Shown here one piece after another: positions 1 through 12,962 of a stretch of 64,000 nt of DNA (positions are counted from its first letter, which is position 1; the number at the start of each line of letters is the position of its first letter). The position numbers and the translations under genes were made by a program. The DNA comes from Squalus acanthias (taxonomy: Eukaryota): contig CM059433.1 of NCBI GenBank assembly GCA_030390025.1, positions 31,560,001 through 31,624,000 on the forward strand, in the 5' to 3' direction. The notes under the pieces were generated by a model that saw nothing but the letters and a program-made list of their open reading frames with translations, was not told where the DNA came from and searched no databases.

Positions 1-894
1 ACTTTTGTGATTATGCAAATGTATTTGAGCTTGAATGGTTGAGTTTGAACCACAAATTCACTTCGGAAAACTAGCGCAAATTTGAGCACAATTTGCACCT
101 GGATTGCCGATTGCGCCCAAAGCGGAAACGCCACCCCGATGAATAGAATTCGAGAAACCAGGCTCAAACTAGTCTGATATCAGTACATTTTTCTTCACGC
201 ACCATGTGCAAGAAACTTCCAACTCGAGTCATGAAACCCTAGAATCATTTGAAAAGGAAAAAAAGAAAGACTTACACAACCTCAGGATGTCCCAAAGCAC
301 TTTACAGTCAATGAATTACTTTTGATGTGTGGTCACTGTTGTAATGTAGGAACAATGGGGAATGTTACTTTCTATCTAGAATTAAAATGGACTGAGCAGT
401 CTTTCTCAACTATAATTATCTTATGAATTTTGCGGTATCTCTCAATTAAGTCATCCATGATCTTATACTTCTCACCTTGGGACAGCCCTGGTATGTCTAA
501 CATAAGCACCTTCTGTTAGTTCTAATAGAGTCGAAATTTCTTTATTTGAATTGATGACTGTTGTGCTGTGTTTGAAGCAAGCCCTGTTGCAGTTTTAATG
601 AATCTCAGTTCATTTTACCTCTATCCACAAAAGATGCTTTGAAATTCAAATTCCAGAAAAAAAATTTAGAAGCTACACAGTGAAATTAAGGACAGAAAAT
701 GCTGGAAGCATCTGAAAGAAAAGATAGTTTAATGTTTTGAAGACAATACATCTCTAACACAGGAACCTACAATTCCTGGAGAGTGGAAATGAGACCCAAT
801 TGAAGTACGGAGGTCATTATTTGGGACAGATCGTCTCCGTGTCTGCTCTATCTAACTAACCTGGAAATTCATGGTAGAGGGGGATGCATAAATA

Positions 895-1160
895 TAAGTC
901 ACTAATAAATCCAATAAGGAATTCAGGAGAAACCTCTTTACCTGGAGAGTGGCGAGAATGTGGAACTCGCTACCACAAGGAGTAGTTGAGGTGAATAGCA
1001 GAGATACATTAAAGGGGAACCTAGATAAGTACATGAGGGAGAAAGGAATAGAAGGATATGCTGATAATGTTAGATGAAGTAGAGAGAGAGGAGGCGCGTG
1101 CAGAGCATAAACACCTGCACTGACCAGTTGGGTTGAATGGCCTGTTTCTGTGCTGTAAAT
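895..1160 (+). mobile_element. CR1 LINE 3' end fragment
   Basis: End of ORF2 (..EFRRNLFT.RV.RMWNSLPQGVVE..) plus 3' UTR ending ggcctgtttctgtgctgta; similar fragments at 6330-6500(+), 28920-29205(-), 37240-37640(+). Confidence 0.8.
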
Positions 1161-1529
1161 TCAATGCAATACTATGTACATACCATGGGGCATCAATGGG
1201 GGCATTCCGAAGATTGCCAGGCAATTCCACCCAGCCGGGCCCATCTTATGTCCAGCGGACCCCACAGCTCTTGCCAGCAGATGCGGGTTCTGTTGTGGTC
1301 CAGCAAAAGGCTGGTTAAATGTTGCATGCGGGATGGAAGAAAAATAATTTGCCTCCATCTTTGGCACTGTAAAGGCCTAGGCCCCCCACCAAGGTGACCA
1401 GTAGCTGCTTCAAGATTCATGAGGCACAGTGATTTGGGACAGAGACCTGGCGAGGCCTAAGCAGTGGATGGATGTCCTGCTCCACTTGCGCTTCTGTCCC
1501 ATTTGAAGTGTTGCCAGAATTTCTAAAAG

Positions 1530-1800
1530 AAAGGACTTGCATTTAAACAGCGCGTTTCAGACTTCAGGACGTCCCAAAGCATTTAACAGCCAATGCACTA
1601 CTTTTCAAGTTCAGTCACTGTTGTAATGTAGGAAACGCCGCAGCCAAATTGCACACAGCAAGGTCCCACAAACAGCAATAAATTAAATGGCCAATTAAAC
1701 TGTTTTAGAGGCTGAGGAATAAACATTGGCCAGGGCACCTCCTCTGCTCTTCTTCCAATATTGGCATGGGATCTTTTACATCCACCTGAAAGATGGCACT
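1530..1800 (-). mobile_element. Deu-domain SINE (SacSINE1-like) 3' part
   Basis: Shares tail (aaagacttgcattt...aagtcactgttgtaatgtaggaaac) and Deu block (gggatcttttacatccacctga) with the full copies; another tail at ~262-352. Confidence 0.8.
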
Positions 1801-2878
1801 TGGTGTGTTTTCCACCATCTCCATCCTGTTCTCTGCTCCGCAATTTTCTGCCTCTTCCTGCGCTCTTTTCTCCTTCAATTCACCAGCTGTGTCCTCCGCC
1901 TGCTCCGCTTCTCCAGCTGCTCCACTCATACCTCGTGCTCCTTCTCCTTCTCCCATCTCCTCGTCACTCCAGGGGCTTCCTTCTGCCTCACACTCACAGT
2001 GGGTGGGGTCTTTGTGACACACTCCACAGCTCTCCGCCTTGCAGCTCCGAGCGATGTGTCCAGACTCACCGCAGCTATAACAGTACAAGTCTGGACAGCT
2101 TCTTACAAGATGGTCGTGTCCAAGGCAATAATAACAAAGCTTCACCTGGTTTTCATGCAGTACCTGGAAGTACTGCACTCCTTCCATTGTCTCGAATTTC
2201 ATGCTATACGGCAATGACTTCACCCCCTCTGGGAATCGCACCTTTACATAAGAGGTTCCATCTGCTACCCGCGTTCTTGGTTAGTATCTCCTTTTTATTG
2301 CTGAGCAAATTTTAATGTCCCACGACTCCAACTTTTTGATTAGCACATCGTCCTCAATATAAACCGGTAGGTTTAAGAATGAGACCATCACCTCTTCAGA
2401 ATACAGCAGAGATACCTCCAAGATCTTATCTCCAACCTTCAAACTCAGTAAAAGTCTTTCCACCTCCTCTCAGCCACTGACCGTCACCTTGAACCCAACA
2501 TTCGGCTTTGGTCAGCAGGCAAAGCAGCTTCCCTCGCCGCAGTCCTCATGTACCGCCTGGATAATATCCCAAGCTCGTATCTCCATATCCTCGCACTGAA
2601 ACACCACCGTGTTTTCTTTTCCAAACCTCCTGGGGTCCCGGCCCAAATCTTTGGGCCTTTATTTCTCCCTTCCCCCAACATTTTCTCCCCTGATGAAATT
2701 CATCCTGGGAACATTGTCCTCTGAGGGGCCCAGCTACTGTTTAAGGACCAAAAAATGCCCTAAAACCTGAAAGAAAAACCCCACCACCAACTTTTTACAA
2801 ACTCACTCCAACTCCCTGCAGTAATCAAGCGCCCAGCAGCACCTGCTCACTCCTAGCCCCTCCCACCTAGAGAGTGCT
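1800..2878 (-). mobile_element. Tx1/L1-like non-LTR retrotransposon 5' part with decayed gag-like ORF1
   Basis: ORFs 2281-2463 and 1705-2241 are one frame split by a single TAA: VSFLNLPVYIEDD..ADGT..VRFPEGVKSLPYSMKF, then zinc knuckles CYYCLGHDHLVRSC and CYSCGESGHIARSC, typical of Tx1-type ORF1; truncated by the SINE. Confidence 0.75.
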
Positions 2879-3334
2879 ACCCTCTGAGCCACAGCTGACA
2901 GCTTAAGTCAAGATCTCCACTTGCAACATTAGCCTCTTTTTTTCTCCGTCCTTTCACATTGCTCAACCTGCTGCGTTTTTCTGTTTTCATTTGAGATAAA
3001 GCATTCACAGTGTTTTTTATTAATCTCCACCTGCAGACTTTTTTCTTTGAAACCGTACACTCAGTGAGAGACATCTCAGTTGCCTAATTCCTTTACAACC
3101 TGGAGTATTGCCTTCTGAAAAGACAGGTTTTTGTTTGCATGGACAAAGCTTTTCACAGAGATTTGCAAAGAAATTATCTAACAATGTGATTAGGATTTAT
3201 CTATTCAGCTCAGGGATATAACCACTTTCTGTGGTATTTTATTCTGGAATGTACAGCTTTGAGTTAATTTTTTAAAATTTGTCCATGGGATGTGGGCGTC
3301 GCTGGCAAGGCCAGCATTTATTGCCCATCCCAGT

Positions 3335-3563
3335 TAAGAACATAAGAAATAGGAGCAGGAGTAGACCAATCGGCCCCTCGAGCCTGCTCCGCCATTCAAT
3401 GAGATCATGGCTGATCTGATCCAACCTCAACTCTAAAGAACACAAGAAGTAGGAGCAGGACCAGGCCACTCGGCCTCTGGGCCCGCTCCGCCACCCACAG
3501 GGCCTTGACCGATCCGAACTCAAACTCATGTCCAATTTCCAGCCCGCTCCCCGTAACCCCTAA
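3335..3563 (-). mobile_element. CR1 3' end with doubled tail module
   Basis: Reverse-complement match to 60500-60741: two tandem variants of the GGAGCAGGC..CCTGCTCC hairpin plus (TTCTTATG) tail; sits next to another LINE tail at 3270-3335. Confidence 0.85.
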
Positions 3564-4864
3564 TTGAGCACAAACTCCAGGCTGTTGCTCCAGTGCAGTA
3601 CTAAGGGAGTACTGCATTGATAGAAGTGATGTATTTCAGGTGAGATGTTAAACTGAGAAACTGTCTGCCCTCTTGGTTGGATGTAAAATCTTGTTAATCT
3701 CACTCCTGCCATTTAGGATTGGGAATTCATATAGTAAGGATACTGTTAATGATGTTATTTATGGTCCTGATATGGAACTCAACCCTGGAGTCCCAGAGAG
3801 GGAACAAATGAAGTTGTGGAGTCTCACTCCAGCAGGTAGTGAATTGTTCCTGGAGGTTTTTTTAAAACTTTTTATCTGTCCTGGCAGTATTTTTGTGCCA
3901 GTCTTGCCATCCACACTCCTCTTAGAGTTGGAAGGTAATTATTTGCAGGATGCAAAGTTGTTTCAACACTCAGAAATGCAAATTTGATAGATTTCTTTCA
4001 GAAATAATTTTGGGATACGGTACATGAGTCAGAATGTTTGTACATTTCACATACCTACCCTGCTATTCACTTCTTATTAACTCTTAAGGTCCAATGGAAC
4101 AATTCCCCAAAACAACTGGGTTACAATGTCCTGTTCTTCTGCTTGTTCTTTGAATTTTTTTTCTTACTTTTCCTCTCTATTTCTTTTTGCTCTCTCCCTT
4201 AATCCACTCTCTTTCTTTCCCTCACTTTGTTTCTCCTTTTGTACCCAATTTCACTCTAATTCATGCAATTTCCTTCTCTGTCGTTCGCTCTGTTTCTTTC
4301 TCTGTTTTTTTTTCCATTTTTTAAGGAAATAGAGCATTGGGCATGACGTTCATGAGGTCCCAGGTGCGATGTTGAAATCACTGCGCCATTATCAATTTGC
4401 ATTTCCAACAATTTGTGGCGCAAATATAGTGCAATCTGAAGGGTGAGGAAACAAGTCCAATTCACGGCGCTCGCCACGAGATGCGCTGTTCCAGCAATTT
4501 CTGGGCCATTCTCTGTTACAGTGCAAAAATTTCCCTGGTTTCCAACACGAGCAGTTGGTAAAATAGGCTATTCCTAGCTTGAATTCCCCCAAGGAACAGA
4601 CAACACCATTGTAAATTTACTCTCGAAACCTCCAGGAACATTCCGGAGAACTGTTAATCACTACGCTAATGTAACAAATCTTAACAACACAATTACATGG
4701 TGATGAAACAAACTGATTTGTCTGCAGCTAAATATTGGCAAGGGATGGAGTAAACAATAGAGAATATTATCATATCAACTCATTTCAAACAGCAAAAATT
4801 ATACATTATTAGTTCTTCATCCAGACACCACTGAAAATGTACAAGACTAAATAGAATTACTCAC

Positions 4865-5096
4865 TGGCGGCCAAGCCTTCAGCTTTCTAGACCCTAAGCT
4901 CTGGAATTCTCTCCTTAAACCTCTCCGCCTCTCTTTCCTCCTTTAAGACCATACTTAAAACCTACCTTTGACTGAGTGTTTGGTCACCTGTCCTAATATC
5001 TCCTTATGTGGCTCGGTGTCACTTTTTGTCTGATTACGCTCCTGTGAAGTGACTTGGGAGGTTTGCAAGGCTTTATATAAGTGCAAGTTGTTGTTG
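4865..5096 (+). mobile_element. L2 LINE 3' end
   Basis: ggcggccaagccttcagc..ctggaattctctcc..cttaaaacctacc..tatataagtgcaagttgttgttg; same family tails at 34120-34345(-), 35010-35270(+), 54570-55600(+, MITE-split). Confidence 0.8.
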
Positions 5097-5294
5097 GAAC
5101 TGAACATGTTGTTCAGTACCAAACGTGCTGGCTTAGATTTTCACCTTAACTATCTGGGTGTTCGGAGCACAGAAGGGAGAGTCTAGTGAGAAGAATAGCA
5201 CGCTGGCAACAGAACCCAGCAGATTTTCCTTTCAACTAAATTAGTGGAAGGAAAATCCAGCATGTTCTGGAAGCAGTGTGTGGTTCTCCCAGAA

Positions 5295-5835
5295 AACAAT
5301 CAATCTCAGTCTTGAAAGCTCCAAGTGTCCCCCAGCATCCACAGCCTTTTGGGGGTGAGAGTTCCAAATTCACACTGCCCCTTGTGTGGAAAAAGTGCTT
5401 CCTGATTTCACTCCTAAATGGCCTAGCTCTTAATTTTAAGATTATGTCCCCTCATTCTTGATTCCCCCATCAGAGCAAATAGTTTCTCCATATCTACCCT
5501 ATCGATTCCTTTTAACATTTTAATAATCTCAATCAAATCACTGCTCAATCTTTTATATTCAAGGGAATACAAGTTGATGCAACCTATCCTCATAATTTAA
5601 CCCTCTAAGCCCCGATATCATTCTGGTGAATCTGTGCTGCACCCCCTCCAAGGCCAATATATCCTTCCTGAGGTGTGGTGCCCAAAACAGAACACAGTTC
5701 TCCAGGTGGGGTCTGACCAAAGCCTTGTACAACTGAAGCATAACTTTCTCCTCTTTTTATTCCAGCCCCCTTGAGATAAAGGCCAACATTCCATTAGTCT
5801 TTTTGATTGCCTTTTTGTACCTGTCTACTAGCTTT
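5295..5835 (-). mobile_element. CR1 LINE ORF2 3' fragment
   Basis: Translates MLQLYKALVRPHLENCVLFWAPHLRKDILALEGVQHRFTRMI, the conserved CR1 ORF2 C-terminal block; frameshifted. Confidence 0.85.
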
Positions 5836-6504
5836 AAATGTGAAACGTGCAATATAAATGCAGGTTCTTTCATATATGAGCATTTATTGTTTTCAACATG
5901 AAGCTCCCATGGTTATACATCAGCAGCAAGAAAGACTCGACTGCAGGAAAGACACTCTTGGTCAACACCAAGATTGTACAGACAAAGTGGAAGGAAAGGT
6001 TTTGCATATGACGGTGGGCCTCATGGGTAAACAATAACAGGCAAGAGACAAAAACCACGTGTTGCGTACAACGTGTGAAGAGCTGAGAGTTGTAAGATCC
6101 GTGATTACTCTGGTGAATGTTAAGCTGTTGAGTACAATCTGTAAATATAATGTTAATTAATCCATCGGGTCTGCTTAAATGTAAGAAAATTAATTCTTGA
6201 GGTCTTCACAAATTGGTAAAAACAAATCTTGTTGGACTGGAGCCCTTAGGAATTATGCATTAACTGGATAAGCTTAAAAAAAAGTAAAGTATTATTTATG
6301 TTATTAAAAATCAGTAAAGTATTATGCATTTATGGGGAAGTTAGATTAAGCACGTGAGGGAGACAGGAATGGAAGGTAATACTGATGGGGTTAGATGAAA
6401 AGGGGTGGGAGGAGGATCGTGTGGAGCATAAACACTGGCATAGACCAGTTGAGCCGAATGGCCTGTTTCTGTGCTCTAGATTCTTTGTAAATCTATGTAA
6501 ATAA

Positions 6505-7240
6505 GAAACAACAACAACTTGTATTTATATAGCACCTTTAATGTAGCAAAACATCCCAAGGCACTTTACAGGAGCGTTATTAAACAAAATTTGACACTGA
6601 GCCACATTAGGAGATATTAGGGCAGATGAGCAAAAGCTTGGTCAAAGAGGTAGGTTTTAAGGAGCAGCTTAAAGGAGGAAAGAGAGGTAGAGAGACGGAG
6701 AGGTTTAGGGAGGGAGTTCCAGACATTAGGGCCTAGGCAGCTGAAGGCACGGCCACCAATGGTGGAGCAATTAAAATCGGGGATGCGCAAGAGGCCAGAA
6801 TTGAAGGAGCGCAGATATCTCAGAGGGTTGTGGGGTTGGAGGAGAATACAGAGATAGGGAGGGGCGAGGCCATGGAGGAATTTGAAAACAAGGATGAGAA
6901 TTTTAAAATCGAGGTGTTGCTTAACCGGGAGCCCATGTAGGTCAGCGAGCACAGGGGTGATGGGTGAACGGGAATTGGTTCGAGTTAGAACACGGGCAGC
7001 CGAGTTTTGGATGATCTCAAGTTTAGGTAGGGTAGAACGTGGGAGGCCAGCCAGGCGAATGTTGGAATAATCAAGTCTAGAGGTAGCAAAGGCATGGATG
7101 AGAGTTTCAGCAGCAGATGAGCTGAGGCAGAGGGGGCGAGATGGGCAATGTTACGGAGATGGAAATAGGCTGTCTTAGTTATGGCGTGGATATGTGGCCG
7201 GAAGCTCATTTCAGGGTCAAATATAACACCAAGGTTGCGA
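6505..7240 (-). mobile_element. L2 LINE ORF2 3' fragment
   Basis: [20 protein letters not shown] and LHGLPVKQHLDFKILILVFKFLHGLAPPYL..GGRAFS..PNVWNSLP..SFKLLLKTYLF; (TTG)n tail. Confidence 0.9.
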
Positions 7241-7945
7241 AATAGAAAACATTATATGTTCTACTTTACTAGTTATAAGAATTTAAAAAGATTAGCCTAG
7301 AAATGACTGTTGGTGAGTACAGGCAAATGAATGTTTGACTTATTTGTCCACCATTCCCCCGTCCTCCATTTTAACACAGCAATGGGTTAAAATAAAAGGA
7401 TTAATGGCTGCATTAAAATGCAGGACAGAGCAATGTCAAACAAACATGTGAAGCGTCGTCTGTTAACTGTAATTTCTCATTTAATATCAATCCTTTCAAC
7501 ATTGGCTACTAATTTCTCCATATGTTTTAGTTCATTATATGTAATTTATTTAAGAAAAAAAATAAGATTTAGCTCGATATTGAATTTATTGAGTATCATT
7601 AAATGCATTAGGTAAAAAAAACAATTTAACTCCTGACAGTATTTATTACCTAATAACTTTTACACATAATTCATTTCATTTTATTATACGTGTGAGGGAA
7701 TGGCAGTGGAAATAAAAAATATTTCCACTGGAATAAAGCCAGAAAGGGCAGACATCACTTCTTTTTCTATTATCCCAGCACCAATGGCAATAATGGATAA
7801 TACAAGATTCAAAATTACACACGCCTGTAAATGTCACGAGCAGAAGAGCACATATATGATTTTACTCAGCAATATCCTTTGAGCGTCTGCACGATATTAA
7901 ACATATCGCAGCTCCATCACTCCCTCTCATACACGAGAGCACGTA

Positions 7946-8418
7946 GAAGAAAGAAAAGACTTGCATTTATATAGCGCCTTTTACACCCGCAGGAAGCCCC
8001 CAAGTGCTTTACAGCCAATGAAGCACATTTCTTAAGTGTAGTCACTGTTGTAATGTAGGAAACGTGGCAGCCAATTTGCGCACAGCAAGCTCCCACAAGC
8101 AGCAATGTGATAATGACCAGATCATTTTTTAAAATTGATGTTGGTAGAGAGATAAATATTGGCCCAGGACTCTGGGGAGAACTCCCCTGCTCTTCTTCGA
8201 AATAGTGCCAAGGGATCTTTTAAGAGCACCTGAGAGGGCAGGCGGGGCCTTGGATTAATGTCTCATCTGAAAGACAGCACTTCTGACAGTGCAGCACTCC
8301 CTCAGTACTGCACTGGACTGTTAGCCTAGATTATGTGTTCAAGTCTCTTGAGTGGGACTACGAACCCACAACCTACTGACTCAGATGTGAGAGTGCTACC
8401 AACTGAGCCACAGCTGAC
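7946..8418 (-). mobile_element. Full-length tRNA-derived Deu-domain SINE (SacSINE1-like)
   Basis: tRNA-like head with A box TGGCTCAGTTGG and B box GGTTCGTAGTCC, Deu core CAGTGCAGTACTGAGGGAGTGCTGCACTG, L2-like tail (CTTT)n; followed by a (CA)n run 8417-8441. Confidence 0.9.
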
Positions 8419-8561
8419 ACACACACACACACACACACACACTTTCTCCCACAGACACACACATATTGCACAACTCTCTCACTCCCCTTTACATAAGCCC
8501 CTCTGCTCCTGTCATAATCCATCATTAAAAAGAATGGAAAATCAACATTTAAAAAAATACT

Positions 8562-10893
8562 GGGCCTGGAGTTTTCTCTGTGAGCGCAACCCAGAAGTTA
8601 GACCTGAAAAGGTGCCCAATTTCGTCCTCATTATCCTCATATCACGTTACACCCCCGTATCCTCCCACGCTCATTCGAATACGCCCGACCTTAAAATGGG
8701 CATAAATCAGTGTAGACAATCGGGGCCCAAAGAAACGACGAACCCACACCAGTATCTTTTTCAACTCATTAAACCATCATTCGTGCACATCAGGTTTAAG
8801 AACCTACATTGGGAAAAGCTTTTCAGTTTTTAATGTGACGTATTTTTATGCCATATCATTCAATGAGAAAGAATATACACAGCAGGAATTGGTGAGGTAA
8901 AATGTTATTAAAAGAAGCTCAAAAATTGCTATTAAAAGATCAGTAAAATGTCTTTCCCCCACGATCGGATCCCCCACCGAGACAAGATCTCCCCGACCCT
9001 TCCAATTACCCCCACCCGCCTCAAATATTCCGATCTCCCCCTGGCCTAGCCGATCTCCCCCTGGCCTTTCCGATCTCCCCCTGGCCTTTCCGATCTCCCC
9101 CTGGCCTTTCCGATCTCCCCCTGGCCTTTCCGATCTCCCCCTGGCCTTTCCGATCTCCCCCTGGCCTAGCCGATCTCCCCCTGGCCTTTCCGATCTCCCC
9201 CTGGCCTTTCCGATCTCCCCCTGGCCTTTCCGATCTCCCCCTGGCCTAGCCGATCTCACCCTGGCCTTTTCGATCTCCCCCTGGCCTAGCCAATCTCCCC
9301 CTGGCCTTTCCGATCTCCCCCTGGCCTTTCCGATCTCCCCCTGGCCTTTCCAATCTCCCCCTGGCCTTTCCGATCTCCCCCTGGCCTAGCCAATCTCACC
9401 CTGGCCTTTCCGATCTCCCCCTGGCCTTTCCGATCTCCCCCTGGCCTTTCCGATCTCCCCCTGGCCTAGCCAATCTCACCCTGGCCTCGCCGATCTCCCC
9501 CTGGCCTTTCCGATCTCCCCCTGGCCTAGCCGATCTCCCCCTGGCCTCGCCGATCTCCCCCTGGCCTTTCCGATCTCCCCCTGGCCTAGCCGATCTCCCC
9601 CTGGCCTAGCCGATCTCCCCCTGGCCTAGCCGATCTCCCCCTGGCCTGGCCGATCTCCCCCTGGCCTTTCCGATCTCCCCCTGGCCTTTCCAATCTCCCC
9701 CTGGCCTGGCCGATCTCCCCCTGGCCTGGCCGATCTCCCCCTGGCCTTTCCGATCTCCCCCTGGCCTTTCCGATCTCCCCCTGGCCTTTCCGATCTCCCC
9801 CTGGCCTTTCCGATCTCCCCCTGGCCTTTCCGATCTCCCCCTGGCCTTTCCGATCTCCCCCTGGCCTTTCCGATCTCCCCCTCGCCTTTCCGATCTCCCC
9901 CTGGCCTAGCCGATCTCCCCCTGGCCTTTCCGATCTCCCCCTCCTCTAGCCTCCGATCACTCCGGTCTCCAATCTCCCCTGCCCCCCCACACCCCCGCCC
10001 CCCACCACCTCCCACCCTGGCCTTTCCAATCTCCCATGGCCTTTTCGATCTCCTCCTGGCCTTTTCAATCTCCCCTGGCCTTCCTCTCCCCATGGCCTTT
10101 CCGATCTCCCCTAGCCTTTCCGATATCCCCTGGCCTTTTCGATCTCCCCCTGACCTTTTCGATCTCCCCCTGGCCTTTTCGATCTCCCCCTGGCCTTTCC
10201 AATCTCCCCCTGGCCTTTCCAATCTCCCCTGGCCTTTCCAATCTCCCCCTGGCCTTTCCGATCTCCCCTGGCCTTTCCGATCTCCCCCTGGCCTTTTCGA
10301 TCTCCCCCTGGCCTTTTCGATCTCCCCCTGGCCTTTTCAATCTCCCCTGGCCTTTTCAATCTTCCCTGGCCTTTTCGATCTCCCCCTGGTCTTTCCAATC
10401 TCCCCTGGCCTTTCCAATCTTCCCTGGCCTTTTCGATCTCCCCCTGGTCTTTCCAATCTCCCCTGGCCTTTCCAATCTTCCCTGGTCTTTCCAATCTCCC
10501 CTGGCCTTTTTGATCTCCCCTGGCCTTTCTGATCTCCACCTGGCCTTTTTGATTTCCCCCTTGCCTCCGAGCTCCCCCTCCTGCAGCTTCCGATCTCCGT
10601 CACCCCCCCTCCACGGCCTCTGATCTCCATCCCCGAGCCGCATCCCCCGCCTTTCCGCTCCCTCCCTCCCTCCTCTCTCTGCTCCCCTGGCTGCAGCCTG
10701 GTGCCAAATGCCTACCCACCCGACAGCCAGCCAGCCTCTCAACCTGCAGGCAGGAAATGGAGAAAAAATGTGAATCAAGTCCTGCCATTAAATCCGGCAA
10801 GACCTGAGGGAAACCTGTCCTTCCGTGTTTCCCGAACGCAAAGCAGCTCCCCCCGCCACCACCACCCCCGCCTCCCCGTAAATATCGGGGCCC
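8562..10893. mobile_element. Harbinger-type non-autonomous element expanded by an internal minisatellite
   Basis: Ends GGGCCTGGAGTTTTC / revcomp GGGCCCCGATATTTAC resemble the GGG..AATT termini of the other MITEs; TSD not evident. Confidence 0.5.
9030..10560 (+). repeat. 20-bp GC-skewed minisatellite (CGATCTCCCCCTGGCCTTTC)n
   Basis: About 45 regular units 9031-9940 with variants TTTC/TAGC/TCGC/TGGC, a C-rich interruption 9941-10015, then degenerate 19-20 bp units to ~10560. Confidence 0.97.
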
Positions 10894-11227
10894 TGGAGTC
10901 TTAACCAAACAGGAAAAGAAACCTAACCATTAAAGCAGAATTTGACTGAGGTTCAATGAACCAAATTGACAGAAGTTTTGTGACAGTCAGCACAATGTTG
11001 GACTGGAGTTATACACTTCTTGGTGCCGAGTCCAAGTGGATTGGATGGTCTCTTAGGTGCTGTGTCATACTGCTTGGCTCATCCCTGAATCAGATTGGGA
11101 CCTGACTCTGGATTTAGACAGGCACTTTCATGTTGATTTTAAACTACTTTACACTGACTCACTACTCTAACTATTCCTTTTAGACTCCTGTATCCTTTTG
11201 CTTCCTGCTTTGTTGGAGAGGGCAAAA

Positions 11228-11843
11228 GGGGCCTCGTTTAACATCTCATCCAAAAGAAGCCACTTCGGAGAGTGCAGCACTCCCTCAGTACTGCACTGAA
11301 GTGTCAGTCTAGAATTTGTTCTCAAGTCTCTGGGGTGGGGCTTGAACCCACAACCGTTTGACGTGAAGAGGTGAGAGTGCTACCCACTGAGGCAAAGATG
11401 ATCCCTGTGAGTCAGCCAGTGGCTCAGTTGGTAGCACTCTCACCTCTGAGTCAGAAGGTTGCAGGTTTCAATGCCACTCCAGAGGCTTTGAGCCCCCCAA
11501 AAATCTAGGCTGACACTCCAGTACTGAGGGAGTGCTGCAGTGTCAGAGGTGTCATCTTTCAAATGAGATGTTAAACCGAGGCCCCGTCTACTCTCAAGTA
11601 GACGTAAAAGATCCCATGGCACTATTTCGAAGAAGAGCAGGGGAGTTCTCCCCTGTGTCCTGGCCAATATTTTTCTCTCAATCAACGTCACTAAAACAGA
11701 TTATCTGATTGTGGGAGCTTGCTGTGCCCAAATCGGCTGCTGCATTTCCTACATTACAACACTTCAAAAGTACTTCATTGGTGTAAAGCGCTTTGGAGAC
11801 GTCCGGTGGTCGTGAAAGGCGTGATATAAATGCAAGTCTTTCA
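11228..11843. mobile_element. Two head-to-head SacSINE1-like SINEs (11228-11391 minus, partial; 11411-11843 plus, full)
   Basis: Both have the tRNA-like head (ggctcagttggtagcactctcacctctgagtcag) and Deu core; heads ~20 bp apart and pointing outward. Confidence 0.85.
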
Positions 11844-12962
11844 TTCTTATTTGGGTGCTGTTTGCTGAGGTGATATTACAGAGCGCAAGCATCTTACAAA
11901 AATGAAAAGAAAATCTGATAGCCACTAGCCTCATGTGAAAACAGCACACAGTGTGGGTGGAATATTTATACTTCACTTTTTTTTAAAATATCATACATTT
12001 GACAAAGCATTTTATCAGAACTAAACACTGGCAGTGCAGCTAGAAAGCCTGTTGTAATTGCTACTCTGGGGTAATTTAATCCTCACTGAGGCATGCACAA
12101 AAGCTTCTAGATCAAGACAATGCCCCTTAATTACTGAGCTGATGTCTTACTGCTAGTCAAATAAATAGAACCTTCAATCACTCCTGCAATGCTTTTTTTT
12201 ATTGTGCAAACGTGAGGTAACTCGCAGTCTGCCGACCACTGCGACATCCCCGACTGCTACCAAACCTGCTCGCAGTGGTCTTTCTGTCTGTTTCGCTTTT
12301 GTTGGAGGTTTTTAGCTTTAAGGCTTTTTCGCTTTGTACTCTTGCTCTGCAGTAATCGTGAGCATCACAGTGAATTAAGCGAGAAAACACAGCGATTACT
12401 TTTGTGCCGGTTTTGGGCAACAGCTGACAGCAATATTATCCGAGCCTTATCTCCCGCTATAAAAAAAAGGCTCGGCTCTTGTAGAAAGTGAACATCAGAA
12501 GCAAAGCATAGCTTAAACCCTACAGGCAGCATTGAGTGGGAAAAATTAATTACCGGAGTATATGACCGAAAACAGGAAAACATTATTGCCAATCAAACTG
12601 AACTTCATCATTCCGGCTCAGCAGGAAATGTCAGAAAATGCTTCAGCAGCACCCAATTAATACGGAAATATACTGAAATAAGTAAAGGGTACTGTGTGGG
12701 AGGTGGTTTTAATGCTGATTGATATTTCCCCCGTAACTCATGAACAATTAAATCCCTAGTGCGCTGTGGAGGTCGGCCACAGTGATAAAGTATGAATTAG
12801 TATTGCAGATGCTGTATTCACTTTATACCCAATGTGTAAGAACTGAACATAACATAACTGTGCTTCAATATCTCTTACACAGTGAATTTCTCAGCCACCA
12901 AGGCTTAAATTATTTTCCAATAAAGCTTCAGCGATGTTTTAACAAACAAACTCTCTAGGGAG

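Noticed and set aside
9030..10560. CRISPR-like or repeat-protein ORFs (RPGGDRKGQGEIGKARGRSE)n, also at 14927-15797
   Set aside because: Contiguous tandem units with no unique spacers and no cas genes; ORFs arise in several frames because the 20-mer lacks stops.
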